64,000 nucleotides of DNA from Macrostomum hystrix. Taxonomy: Eukaryota; Animalia; Platyhelminthes. Position 1 is the stretch's first letter, and each line of letters opens with the position of its first letter. The notes beneath the pieces are model-generated. The model was not told the DNA's origin. It made no database searches and saw nothing but the letters and a program-made list of their open reading frames with translations. Location: contig CATNEN010000038.1 of the NCBI GenBank assembly GCA_950097015.1, positions 2,914,001-2,978,000 of the forward strand. The letters run 5' to 3'. Below are positions 51,558 to 64,000 of this stretch, piece by piece. The position numbers were made by a program, and so were the translations under genes.

Positions 51558-52913
51558 TAGGGGTGTATGAAATACACTCGCGCTTATGCGAAAAATCCGA
51601 CTTTCGGCCAGAAACATTGAATATCTCGACTGTCTGAAGAGCTGGCGACTGATTTTTGTTTCAGAAGATGCGCAACAAAAAGTTGGCCCGTGATCTTGAG
51701 TTTCGTGTTACTGGGAAAAATTCCCCAACGGTAGTACTACTGCTAAAGCCCTGGCAGATCAGATGTGAATATGTTTGACAGATTGCAGTCGCAACTCTAC
51801 TTTACAATGATGCTTAGAACGGAGGGGAAGTGGCATCGTCAATGAAAATATAAGCGTCGACTGCAGGTCAACCACTGGCCAGCATCATAGAGCAGGACAA
51901 TTTGCACTTTTAAGTAGTTAACAGGTTGTGGGCTCACAGGTGAGCAGAGGTTTTTCGCGTCCAGGTAATCTAAAATATAATTCGGCAGTCGAAGATTTTC
52001 TAAGATGTCCCAAAAGCACAAACTCGGAGTGGTTTGTACTTTTAGTACGATCAGCCACCCACAAAACTTGGATTTCCCCTAGAGTATTGTGTGGCTGTAA
52101 TAAGCAATAAACTTGTGGTCAGAATTAAAAAAAACAAACACCTCACAAAAGCATTAATCTAATCGAAGGCTCATTGTAGATCATTCAAAACTATCGTTTT
52201 GAAGCCACTCTGATAATAATCAAAAGTGGCGATCACGAGGTCACAGCGAATCCAGTGTGCAATCCATCAAGTGCTCCAATGTGTTGGTTATTTAATGCGA
52301 AAATGAATGTTTTCGCTGCTCTGAAAATGTCTAGTGTACATAAGACGCAGTGAGTCTTTATCACTTGACACGCAGCACATCCGCGTGTGCCCGCGACTGT
52401 GTGCAATTTAGGCTGTTGTACAGTCCTAGGCTCAAATGAGGACTGTTCGTAATCAAATGAGAAGCGCATTAATGAGTCATGCTCAAATGTTCTCAGCTTG
52501 TGAGCACGTTTCCACTAATCGCAGAAGCAGCTATAAGAACAAGGTACTAGACAGGTACATTTGACGATTCTATTGTACAGAAAACGAAATCTGAAAACCG
52601 AAAGCTGTACTCTTCAAGCAGAACTTGCGACTAACACGTGATCGTAATTGAGCTGTCAAGGATCACTCAAGTTGAGACTGTTCTCAAGACTTGAAATTTT
52701 CACAGCTCTGTAGCAGACTGGCGCAGGAAAAATACACTCTGGCTAATAATGAGGGAGAGAGAGAGAGAAGGTAAGATAATAGTGCAAAGAATACAAGTAC
52801 CTTACAACAGTCTCGACTAAATATTACTTACCATGGCCGCGATAAATGCTAGCGTCTTTCTAAGGCCAGTTCATTGTTGACCCGGCGGTCCGGTTTCGCT
52901 GAAAGAAGCCAGA

Positions 52914-55633
52914 ATGCTTCTTTCATTCGCAAAAAGCAGCACGCGTCAGCTGCTCAGCTATTTCGCACAGCCCCGCACAGGCAAAACCGTGCTTCTGCTC
53001 ACAGCTGTGGCATCAGGCGCGGCAGCTGGGGCGCTACTGTGGCGAAGAGCGCGGCGCAGAAGTCGTACCGATCCGGAGCCGACACTTCCGCCAGGACCTC
53101 GCGGTTGGCCGCTCGTTGGGTCGCTGCTGAGCATGGACCCGGCCCGGATGCACGAGTCCGTCGCAGAGCTGTGCCAGCAGTACGGCCCGCTCTTGTCTTA
53201 CCGGCTGGGCTCCCAGAGGTTCATCATTGTCAACGATCTGGCCATGTCCAAGGAGATGATGAAGGACGACAATTACACAGGCAGGTGCCAGGCTGCGATC
53301 TTCCAACGGCAAAGCGGGGGCTGCGGCCTGCTGTTCAGTGAGGGCTCCGTCTGGCAGCGTCACCGACGCCTGGCGCTGAAGACGCTTCGCGACTTTGGCT
53401 TCGCCAGGGACGGCTCGGCGAAGCTGATCGACCGTCAACTGGACGACGTCCTGTCCGACCTGAGCGAGGCGAGCGAATCAGCTAGTGAGGTGAAGGTCCT
53501 CGACACTTTCTCTGAGGCCAGTAACGCTGTCATCGCCACGTTGACGCTGGGACGTCAATTCAAGCGCGGCGACTCGGAACTCGAGTTCATCCGCAGCGCG
53601 GCCAGCGGCCTGTTCGCCACGCGGCCTCTGCAGGGCCTCTCGTTTCTGTTTCCCTGGCTGGACTGGTTGGTGCGGCTCGTGCCTGAGTCGAGCGACTTCA
53701 TGCGCCTCACGGCCGAAAATCAGGACTTTATTCGGAGGCAGATTGAGCAGCGCAGAGAGCTGATGGGCTCAGATGTGGAGGCTTTCGAGCCGGAGTGCCT
53801 GTGCGATGTCTACATTCAGGTTATTGTCTATGGCTTTTTGGCTTCTCAGGGTGTCTAATTGTTGTGACCTCGATAAGTCATGTTGGCAAAGGTTGAATCT
53901 GCAGGCATCACAGTTATTTACGTACTAGCTACTTAATGGTTTTGTTATTTTGCAAGAGGGAAAATACGAAAATGAAATAAGACAGTCTTTCCGAGCCTGC
54001 CTGGCATGAATCAGTCCAACCTAAATCAGGAATATGCTTTTAAGGAAAGATTTGTCCCTTGGCCGATTATCCCTCAATTATCCCCACTCAGTTGGCAAAT
54101 TATCCCCACTCAAGTTGGCAAATTATCCCCACTCAGTTGGCAAATTATCCCCACTCAGTTGGCAAATTATCCCCACTCAGTTGGCAAATTATCCCCACTC
54201 AGTTGGCAAATTATCCCCACTCAGTTGGCAAATTATCCCCACTCAGTTGGCCAATTATCCCCACCCAGTTAGCCAATTATCCCCCCACCCAGTTAGCCAA
54301 TTATCCCCCACCCAGTTAGCCAATTATCCCCACTCAGTTAGCCAATTATCCCCACTCAGTTAGCCAATTATCCCCACCCAGTTAGTCGATTATCCCCACC
54401 CAGTTAGCCAATTATCCCCCACCCAGTTAGCCAATTATCCCCACTCAGTTAGCCAATTATCCCCACCCAGTTAGTCGATTATCCCCACCCAGTTAGCCAA
54501 TTATCCCCCACCCAGTTAGCCAATTATCCCCACTCAGTTGACCAATTATCCCCACTCACTTAGTCAATTATCCCCCACCCAGTTAGCCAATTATCCCCAC
54601 TCAGTTAGCCAATTATCCCCACTCACAGTCAATTATCCCACGTGCTTGCTAACTCTCCAAAGCCAAAATGTATAATTAGCACCGAAAGTAGCAGCTGTCG
54701 TTGAAAAATTCTGCGTATTCCCTTATTCTCATCACCAGGAGAGAAGTCGCGCAGAGGCTCTGGGTGACTTTGAAACCTTCAAGGATCAGCAGGTGCGGAT
54801 CTGTTGACTTTGAATGCGGGAATTATTGTGATACAAATGTCATTTCAGGTTGTTTCAAGTTCAGAATCTTAGCCGTTAGCCAAAACAGTTTTTTATTTAG
54901 CAGTCAGCAGCCATCGTTTTGAGAATGATCTGCACACAAAATCCATTAATCGCTTGCAATGGGTCGAACAGTACTGAGCAGTGCTTCTTTTGTCACACAG
55001 ATCATCTCGGTAATCATGGACTTGTTCTTCGCTGGCACAGACACGACAGCTCGCAGCATGGAGTGGCTGCTCATCTACCTGGCCTTTGAGCAGAGCTGGC
55101 AGGCTAAAGTGCAGGCCGAGCTCGATACAGTTGTCGGCAGACAGCGTCGGCCGGCGATGCAGGACGAAGAGCGGCTGCCGCTGACGCGGGCGGTGATCGA
55201 GGAAGTGAACCGCCTCGTCTCTCTCAGCCCGCTAGGCATGTTCCATCGGGCTACGAAGGAGGGCACGGTCTTCCGGAACTACAGAATCCCCACGGATGCC
55301 CTCATCTTTCCGTTTGTCTACGGAATCAGCCGGGACGCCAAGTTGTGGTCCAGGCCCAACGATTTCTATCCGGAGCACTTCCTTACACCGGACGGTCGCT
55401 TCGATCCGGTGAAGGCCAAGAACAATGTTCCGTTCTCGGTGGGTAGGCGAGTCTGTGCCGGGCAGTCGCTGGCCCGCATGGAGCTGTTCCTGATGCTCGC
55501 TGCTGTCCTGCAGCGCTTTCGGATCCGCGTGGCGGACAAGTTCGCCGACAAGAGGCCGGAGATCCTGCGTGGCACCGCTGGCATTCTGCGGATGCCTGGA
55601 GATTATCGACTGACTTTCGAGGCCAGGGGCTAA
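52914..55633 (+). CDS. Cytochrome P450, clan 2 (about 530 aa)
   Basis: Exons 52914-53819, 54739-54792, 55001-55633 (all phase 0, GT-AG). PPGPRGWPLVGS hinge, WQRHRR (C helix), AGTDTT (I helix), EVNR (K helix), PEHF, heme motif PFSVGRRVCAG. Confidence 0.95.
54065..54640. repeat. 22-bp minisatellite AATTATCCCCACTCAGTTGGCA in CYP intron 1
   Basis: Direct inspection. Confidence 0.92.
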
Positions 55634-56345
55634 GGGGGAAGGCCACGACGGATTTTCGATACCCACCGCCCACTTCACAATGGCTCCCAAACCAAATGAC
55701 CGATTTTCTTGAAAGTCCACCGTGTGGATCAACATTTTCCGCCCTTTACGATCAGCATCGTCCAGATATTCAGCCTGGTGCCAAGGACAGCCAGCATTGC
55801 TCTATATAAACCTCTACTATGGCGAATCTATGAACTGGTTCAATAATTTAATAACTAACAATATAGTCAACAATGATAGCCGACGTGGTTTCCGAGAGAC
55901 GATAGAGACGCCTCGACGAGAATCGTAAAAATACGCCCGTGATATTTATTCTTTTAAGAGACAGGTGAGACTTACGTCCTGCTAGTTGAGTGGTTCTTTG
56001 TAAAAAACGACACAAGTTAACAGAAAATCATTTTTCTAGGTTTTATAACAGCCATCAACCCCTTTGAGATAAAAATGATTAGCTATATGATTTTCTTAGA
56101 AATTTCGCAAGGTTTGTCAGTTGTCAATCGTCAATGACTTCCGTTTCGTATTTTTTTCTCTACGAATGTCGATCTCAATCTCGAATTTTTTTAGCAAAAT
56201 TTCGACTTCCCGAATTTACACTCGGAATTTTCAAACCTTTCGCCTTTCGTTGACCCAAAGTTTCTAGGCTTTGGAATTTTACTGCTTTAAACGATTCAAA
56301 TTCGGGATGTTTTTTCTTTTATTTTGCGTTTTGTTTGAAATTCTA

Positions 56346-57204
56346 TACTGTCTAACAAAATTTCTTGTACGGTTGCTTCTGCTGCCTCTAGTATCCATAA
56401 TTTCCATCCGATTCAAATGAAAATTAGTGCAAATGAAAGCTGGGAATCTCTTCAACATTTTCTGTTTCACCGTATTTTTTTATTCTGGAGTGGCTCGGAA
56501 CAGCTTGCCGTTTAGCACAGACAGGTCGAATAAAAAAAGTGACAGAATGACATAGAGCAAGCAGTCTATGGCCAACTTTCTTCACGCGCTGACAAACTCC
56601 ACAGAGTGTCTAGGAAGCCTTCTTTGGTCATTGGTGACAGAATTCGTTGCCGCAAATTTGGTCGCATAGTGCTGAACAGTAGATTTTGGCACGACGAGAT
56701 GGTTTGCAATCCTGCCAAGCGACCAGCCTGCGTCCTCTCGAAGCGAAACGATTCTCCAACGAATTTCTTGGCTCACAACAGGCATGTCTCTCAGAAAGGG
56801 CAATTTAAGTCATGGAACTTTGCGAGGAAGCACAGGGTTATACAGTGTGCGATAGTTTAGGCCATAGACATGTCGCCTGGGGTGAATAAGTAAAGCAAGC
56901 CCCACACACAGAGCGATCGATCGACAGAAGGCTTCCTAGACACTCTACTGTGGAGTTTGTCAGCGCGTGAAGAAAGTTGGCCATAGACTGCTTGCTCTAT
57001 GTCATTCTGTCACTTTTTTATTCGACCTGTCTGTGCTAAACGGCAAGCTGTTCCGAGCCACTCCAGAAAAAAAAATACGGTGAAACAGAAAATGTTGAAG
57101 AGATTCCCAGCTTTCATTTGCACTAATTTTCATTTGAATCGGATGGAAATTATGGATACTAGAAGCAACAGAAGCAACCGTACAAGAAATTTTGTTAGAC
57201 AGTA
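56346..57204 (-). mobile_element. Internally deleted IS630/Tc1/mariner element with about 280-bp TIRs
   Basis: 56346-about 56622 is the near-perfect reverse complement of about 56925-57204. TA duplication at 56344-56345 and 57205-57206. Internal minus ORF MPVVSQEIRWRIVSLREDAGWSLGRIANHLVVPKSTVQHYATKF is a transposase N-terminal helix-turn-helix. Confidence 0.9.
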
Positions 57205-58430
57205 TAGTTAATGAATTTCCATGAGCACTTACGAGCTTCAAGCAAGGCTTCTTATTTTTGCAGCGATTTTGACACTATTGATCAATGCTTTTCGAACAAA
57301 ATATGATTTTTTACGTACATCCTTCATACAGAATTCCAAAGAATATATTTTATTCAATTTTTCTTAATAAACTTTATTCATCAGATTTTTCTGTCAGAAA
57401 TTGACATGCAACTAGGTTTGTTTATTTCTATTTACATTTATCAGTTGCACTTTCAATATGCATATTGAGATGCATGATTTAAAATCCTCCCGTTTTGTTT
57501 TACTGCTTATAAACTAAATGCACTGTGTTTACTCCGTTTAGGTAATCTCGAGCGCAATCCTGGTAATCTCCAGGATGTACAGTTCAGCTGTTCAATTTGA
57601 TAAAAATGGATATATACGCTCGTATTTTGATAGTTTTCACTTAGCTTGCACAACATCTATCCAGGTTTTGCCTAATTTGACATTTTCTGAAGAGCAAATT
57701 ATATTTGTGTGATAGTTAGCTTGCGCGAACATTTAAAAGTTTGTACAGAAATAGTTTTGCGCGCTATTAATTATTTCTTGTGAGATCTATGAAGAAGCAT
57801 TACATATTATCCGCTGTGATTCAGATTTATTAATAGGGCCAACCCTCAAGTCACAATGTCTACTGCTTGCATTCGTGTGTGCGTGCATTCTAAAATAGTG
57901 TGCGTAGTACAGGTCAATTAAGTGGACGGAGCTGTAGCTATTATTAGAATCATAAAGGGCCATGTTTATCATACAGGACGCTGTACGCTTGTTTACATGA
58001 CGTCGATCGCGTAGGCGCGTTCCAAACAAAGATCCTGAATTATATTTGATTGTACATATTATTGCTATCTTAGGAGCTATAAAGCATGAAGCATTTTCAA
58101 AATTCAACAATCTATTACGAGCGCATTAGGCTTAAAATAGGCGAAAACTGCATGCTGTGAGCGTCGATAAATTTCATACCAGCAGCACGCAGGCCTATGC
58201 TAGCATGATATACTGTCTTCGCCGTAGCACAGAACTGCTTTAAATTCACACGATTGAAGATCACGCAGGTGAGAAGCTATTGAGTTGAACATTCTGTTAT
58301 GTAAGCCCAATAGTCCTTCAGGATTCATTAATTGGTCCCATCGTAGCTTTTAAGATTGTACACTCTCTGCCCAACTGTACTACAGAATACTAGCTTTAGC
58401 CCTTTTGTTCTCAAACACTCCACTCCTTCA

Positions 58431-60935
58431 AAATACTATCCTGTGTACTCCAGTCCTTCAAAACACCATCCTGTGTACTCCAGTCCTTCTAAACACCATC
58501 CTGTGTACTCCAGTCCTTCAAAACACCATCCCGTGTACTCCAGTCCTTCAAAACACCATCCTGTGTACTTCAGTCCTTCAAAACACCATCCTGTGTACTC
58601 CAGTCCTTCAAAACACCATCCTGTGTACTTCAGTCCTTCAAAACACCATCCTGTGTACTCCAGTCCTTCCATACACCATCCTGTGTACTCCAGTCCTTCA
58701 AAACACCATCCTGTGTACTCCAGTCCTTCTAAACACCATCCTGTGTACTCCAGTCCTTCAAAACACCATCCCGTGTACTCCAGTCCTTCCAAACACCATC
58801 CTGTGTACTCCAGTCCTTCAAAACACCATCCTGTGTACCCCAGTCCTTCAAAACACCATCCCGTGTACCCCAGTCCTTCAAAACACCATCCTGTGTACCC
58901 CACTCCTTCAAAACACCATCCTGTGTACTCCAGTCCTTCAAAACACCATCCTGTGTACTCCAGTCCTTCAAAACACCATCATGTGTACTCCAGTCCTTCA
59001 AAACACCATCCTGTGTACTCCAGTCCTTCAAAACACCATCCTGTGTACTCCAGTCCTTCAAAACACCATCCCGTGTACCCCAGTCCTTCAAAACACTATC
59101 CTGAGTACTCCAGTCCTTCAAAACACTATCCTGTGTACCCGAGTCCTTCAAAACACCATCCTGTGTACTCCAGTCCTTCAAAACACCATCATGTGTACTC
59201 CAGTCCTTCAAAACACCATCCTGTGTACTCCAGTCCTTCAAAACACCATCCTGTGTACTCCAGTCCTTCAAAACACCATCCCGTGTACCCCAGTCCTTCA
59301 AAACACTATCCTGAGTACTCCAGTCCTTCAAAACACTATCCTGTGTACCCCAGTCCTTCAAAACACCATCCTGTGTACTCCAGTCCTTCAAAACACTATC
59401 ATGTGCACTCCAGTCCTTCAAAACACCATCCTGTGTACTCCAGTCCTTCAAAACACCATCCCGTGTACCCCAGTCCTTCAAAACACTATCCTGTGTACTC
59501 CAGTCCTTCAAAACACTATCCTGTGTACCCCAGTCCTTCAAAACACTATCCTGTGTACTCCAGTCCTTCAAAACACGATCCTGTGTACTCCAGTCCTTCA
59601 AAACACTATCCTGTGTACTCCAGTCCTTCAAAACACCATCCCGTGTATTCCAGTCATTCCAAACACCATCCTGAGTACTCCAGTCCTTCAAAACACTATC
59701 CCGTGTACTCCAGTCCTTCAAAACACTATCCTGAGTACTCCAGTCCTTCAAAACACTATCCTGTGTACCCCAGTCCTTCAAAACACCATCCCGTGTACCC
59801 CAGTCCTTCAAAACACTATCCTGTGTACTCCAGTCCTTCAAAACACTATCCTGTGTACCCCAGTCCTTCAAAACACTATCCTGTGTACTCCAGTCCTTCA
59901 AAACACCATCCTGTGTACTCCAGTCCTTCAAAACACTATCCTGTGTACTCCAGTCCTTCAAAACACCATCCCGTGTATTCCAGTCATTCCAAACACCATC
60001 CTGTGTACTTCAGTCCTTCAAAACACCATCCTGTGTACTTCAGTCCTTCAAAACACTATCCTGTGTACTTCAGTCCTTCAAAACACCATCCTGTGTACTT
60101 CAGTCCTTTCAAACACCATCCTGTGTACTTCAGTCCTTCCAAACACCATCCTGTGTACTCCAGTCCTTCAAAACACCATCCTGTGTACTTCAGTCCTTCC
60201 AAACACCATCCTGTGTACTCCAGTCCTTCAAAACACCATCATGTGTACTCCAGTCCTTCAAAACACTATCATGTGTACTCCAGTCCTTCAAAACACCATC
60301 CTGTGTACTTCAGTCCTTCCAAACACCTTCCTGTGTACTCCAGTCCTTCCAAACACCATCCTGTGTACTTCAGTCCTTCCAAACACCATCCTGTGTACTT
60401 CAGTCCTTCCAAACACCATCCTGTGTACTCCAGTCCTTCAAAACACTATCATGTGTACTCCAGTCCTTCAAAACACCATCCTGTGTACTTCAGTCCTTCC
60501 AAACACCATCCTGTGTACTCCAGTCCTTCAAAACACTATCATGTGTACTCCAGTCCTTCAAAACACCATCCTGTGTACTTCAGTCCTTTCAAACACCATC
60601 CTGTGTACTTCAGTCCTTCCAAACACCATCCTGTGTACTTCAGTCCTTCCAAACACCATCCTGTGTACTCCAGTCCTTCAAAACACTATCATGTGTACTC
60701 CAGTCCTTCAAAACACCATCCTGTGTACTTCAGTCCTTTCAAGCACTATCCTGTGTACTCCAGTCCTTTCAAACACTATTCTGTGTACTCCAGTCCTTTC
60801 AAACACCATCCTGTGTACTTCAGTCCTTTCAAACACTATCCTGTGTACTTCAGTCCTTTCAAACACTATCATGTGTACTCCAGTCCTTTCAAACACTATT
60901 CTGTGTACTCCAGTCCTTTCAAACACTATTCCGTG
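58431..60935. repeat. 30-bp minisatellite CTGTGTACTCCAGTCCTTCAAAACACCATC (about 83 units)
   Basis: Direct inspection. Confidence 0.96.
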
Positions 60936-61189
60936 AATGTTAAACACCTTAAAGTGAACTCAAAATAAGTTGCGAGTATTAAAAAATTATTTTCGGCTTT
61001 AAAATTTCGGTCTTACATTCAGCAGCTCCAAATGAGCGTCCACATTTGTCAGCTAATGACTTTAAGATTCTTATTAAACACTGCTTTGGAGTCAGCAAGT
61101 TTGCTTTGGGTCAAAATTTATTACCAAATTCGGACCCGCAGTATGTTATAATAATAATAATAATAATAATAATAATTATTATTATTATT

Positions 61190-61960
61190 GAGGTGCGCAC
61201 GCCGATTGGGTGCTGATTTTTTTTGTTTATTTTATGTTTGAGGTTGAACAATTCGATTTAAAAAAAAGGAGTCGATAGGAAAACAGTTAGCATGCATAAG
61301 AATAATTTTACGAGCCCACTCGTATTCACTCGTAGGTGAATAAAATATTTGTAAAAAAACAATTTTTGAAATAAACAAAGGCACTAAAACAAAAAATGAA
61401 ATATTGAAATTTAAAGAGAAAATTAAAACTGACCGAAAGGAGAATAGCTATTGTGTTTTCGCATTCTAACTATGGGCCTCAGGGCAGTGGCTTTCTATCT
61501 AGCTTTAAGTATGTTTTCTATGAAGTCCACAAAACTTTCTGTTAATTCTGTGCTTTCCTGTGTCATTAAATACACAATTTTGTCATCAGTTGTTAGGCTT
61601 GCGAAATTTCGAACAGTGCCTGCCACTTTCTCTATGAATTTATTTCTAATTGGAACATAAACGGACCAATCGCATCTAAAGAGAATATGAGTTTCACTCT
61701 CTACCTCGACTCTGCATTTTGGACATGTTCTGTTTTCATAAGCGATTTTCGGTCTTACAGTGCGCAATGTCTCACAGGCCAGTTTGTGGTTTCCTAGACG
61801 AAATCGGGACATTGTGCGCCTTTGTTCTGGGTTAGAGATTATTGTTAGGTACTTTTCTCGGGAGAAATCTTTCTTAAACGTGTAATAGAAGTGGCAGAGC
61901 TTGGCTGATTTTCCCATCCTCTGAGTCCAGTGCCTTCGGAACTCTGACTCAAAGTTCTCT
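61190..61960 (-). mobile_element. 3' fragment of a non-LTR retrotransposon (L2/CR1-group-like ORF2 C-terminus)
   Basis: ORF 61495-61917: MSRFRLGNHKLACET...RTCPKC...ESETHILFRC, a typical post-RT CCHC region. An (AAT)n tract follows at 61149-61190. Confidence 0.78.
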
Positions 61961-63278
61961 CAGTGCGTTTTGATGGACTTTGTTTTTCTAGTCTGTTGAC
62001 AATTTCGCATTACTTCACTATTCATTGTTCCCCAATGCCAACATCGCTGTATTCTGTATCTGCCACCAATTTGTGAAGTTTCGTAAATGCGCTTTTCGCG
62101 ATGACGTTGCTTTATAAATAGACGTAGGTGAAAGCTTCTAAAATTAGCAACCGAACGACTCAACACAGAAAAGTAAATTGAAACGCGGAGCTAATGACAG
62201 CCCATTGCAGAATCTCGCTGACGACATGTCGGAGTCCAGAATGAACGGGTGTGACGCAGAAGTAGTTCAAGAGCACAACGGACAACATGGCGGAGTGGTA
62301 GGCAAAAAGCTGTCACTGTTTTCTTGTCATTGTTTTTTTTTACATAAAAACGATCCGTTTGATTCGATTTTCAGCAAATTCGACAACGCTTGACTAGTTC
62401 AAACGTCGGTAACAATCGGAATGGTGTTCTACAGGAACAGCAGCCGCTTGGCTCGAGTGCAGTCAGCGACAGTCGGAACGGAGCTTTGCTAGAACAGCCG
62501 CGGCGGTCGTCTGTCGATAGTGCCATCTCGCTGTCTGAGCGGGACTCCAGCAGAGTTGAGAATGCGAACCAAGTCGACAGGAGCTCAAATCGACATGCAA
62601 TTGTCGGGTGGTCCGAAGACAGTGGTCACTTCAGTGGCCTCTTCCCGTCGCATGGTGACGCTGTTGCCGCGCCCGCCATTCCGTCCAGCCAGTCTAGTAG
62701 TTCAGGTGAATGTTTGTCGGTGAATGCCGGTTGCAGACATTAACAGAAGAACAGCAAGGATGTATTGTACCAGAGTCACTTGTGCCAGCAGCACACAATA
62801 GCCACACCAACTCACCCAGAACACAAACCCTGCCCCAAGCCAGACACATTGTTCAGCTTTATAATTTCGAATCATATTGTCAAAATTTTTACTAGCTCTG
62901 AAAACAGTAGGTTTTCGAATAAACAAGGCAGATAAACGTTTTGAGCGTACAGGATGGCGTTCAAAATAATTATAAAAATTCACGCGGTGCACAAGTGCCA
63001 CAACAACACCCAACAGACCGCATCTACACCACCCACCTCATTTGCTGACCAATCAGCAGCGTGGGCCAGAATGTTTCTATAACTTGTGGGTTCAAGAAAG
63101 CAACGTAATTGGCATAGGTAAAAGCTGCTGATTGATTGATCACTGCAGAAGATATCAGCATCCCGATGAGAGCCCCAGTCAGTGCCAGAGACAGCCCCGA
63201 GAACTCCGTTCAAGGCTCGCCGGAGCTTGCGCGCGTGCGCCGTTCTGCTGAAGTTCAAGACACATCATCTTAGTCTGC

Positions 63279-63400
63279 CTTCCTGCTGACAACCTTCCTG
63301 CTGACAACCTTCCTGCTGACAACCTTCCTGCTGACAACCTTCCTGCTGACAACCTTCCTGCTGACAACCTTCCTGCTGACAACCTTCCTGCTGACAACCT
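63279..63400. repeat. 15-bp minisatellite CTTCCTGCTGACAAC
   Basis: Direct inspection, about 8 units. Confidence 0.9.
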
Positions 63401-64000
63401 CCCTTCTGTCAGCCTTACGGTTGTACGAGTTGTAACTTCTGGTTCTGTAAACGGCTCAAATTCGTATTCTAGCACCTTGCCGATAGATTAAGTATATATA
63501 TTTGTTTATTTAGAATTCAACATGCGGCACTTAAAATTTAAAGCTAGTACAGCAATTTTATTAATAACCTCGACGTCATATCTTCACATATCTTAATGTC
63601 GAACAAACTCAGTATTTTAGTCATCTGTGCATGCAAACACTTTCACCCTATGAGCTCACTCACAGCACACAGGCAGTTTTCTCTGTGATATTTAGTGTGC
63701 TCTTGCCGAATTTGACTAAAAAGCATGTTAAGATCCAGTTACATATTTTTGCTACAAATAATTTCCATCGGAGGTCAGGATCTATTATTTTTGTCTCTTT
63801 TTCAGAGAAAGAATTTGAACTCAAATAAAGTACGAATTAAACAATAGAATAGCTTATTACCTATTTTTTAAATCGCAAACGATGTGCTTTTAACAACCTT
63901 TTAGTACGATACCCATTTGCGCAAGCATTCACAACTTCAAGTATTGGCACCACCTCAAGTATTGGCCAAAACCAAAAGTTTTAAACAGACCAGCCTTAGC

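Noticed and set aside
58356-60968. 870-aa extensin-like ORF and 843-aa alternative-frame ORF
   Set aside because: The 30-bp unit lacks stops in all plus frames, so long ORFs are expected. The start is TTG, there is no signal peptide, and unit variants are largely non-synonymous.

Overview
Eukaryotic, repeat-rich, intron-containing animal DNA. The GC-rich exons, poly-Gln tracts, minisatellite-filled introns and flatworm-type GPCRs suggest a free-living flatworm such as Macrostomum (inference only). Left to right: (1) an apparently intact 8.8-kb Ty3/Gypsy LTR retrotransposon (797-9601, minus strand; 456-bp LTRs identical by eye, CTAC TSD, single 2037-aa Gag-Pol ORF) nested in a small DNA-transposon MITE with an 8-bp TSD; (2) an NR4A/Hr38 nuclear receptor gene (minus, 5 coding exons); (3) a Rab11 gene (plus, 4 exons); (4) a two-exon rhodopsin-class GPCR with a second, pseudogenised GPCR antisense in its intron; (5) a Robo-like Ig/FN3 receptor (minus, at least 7 exons); (6) a clan-2 cytochrome P450 (plus, 3 exons); (7) an internally deleted Tc1/mariner element, a LINE 3' fragment, several tRNA-derived SINE copies and many tandem arrays. 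The main finding is that the retrotransposon Gag carries a clear cold-shock (OB-fold RNA-binding) domain right after its CCHC zinc knuckle. This Lin28-like domain pairing is not part of the standard LTR-retroelement polyprotein. Its primer-binding site also looks bipartite against tRNA-Gln.
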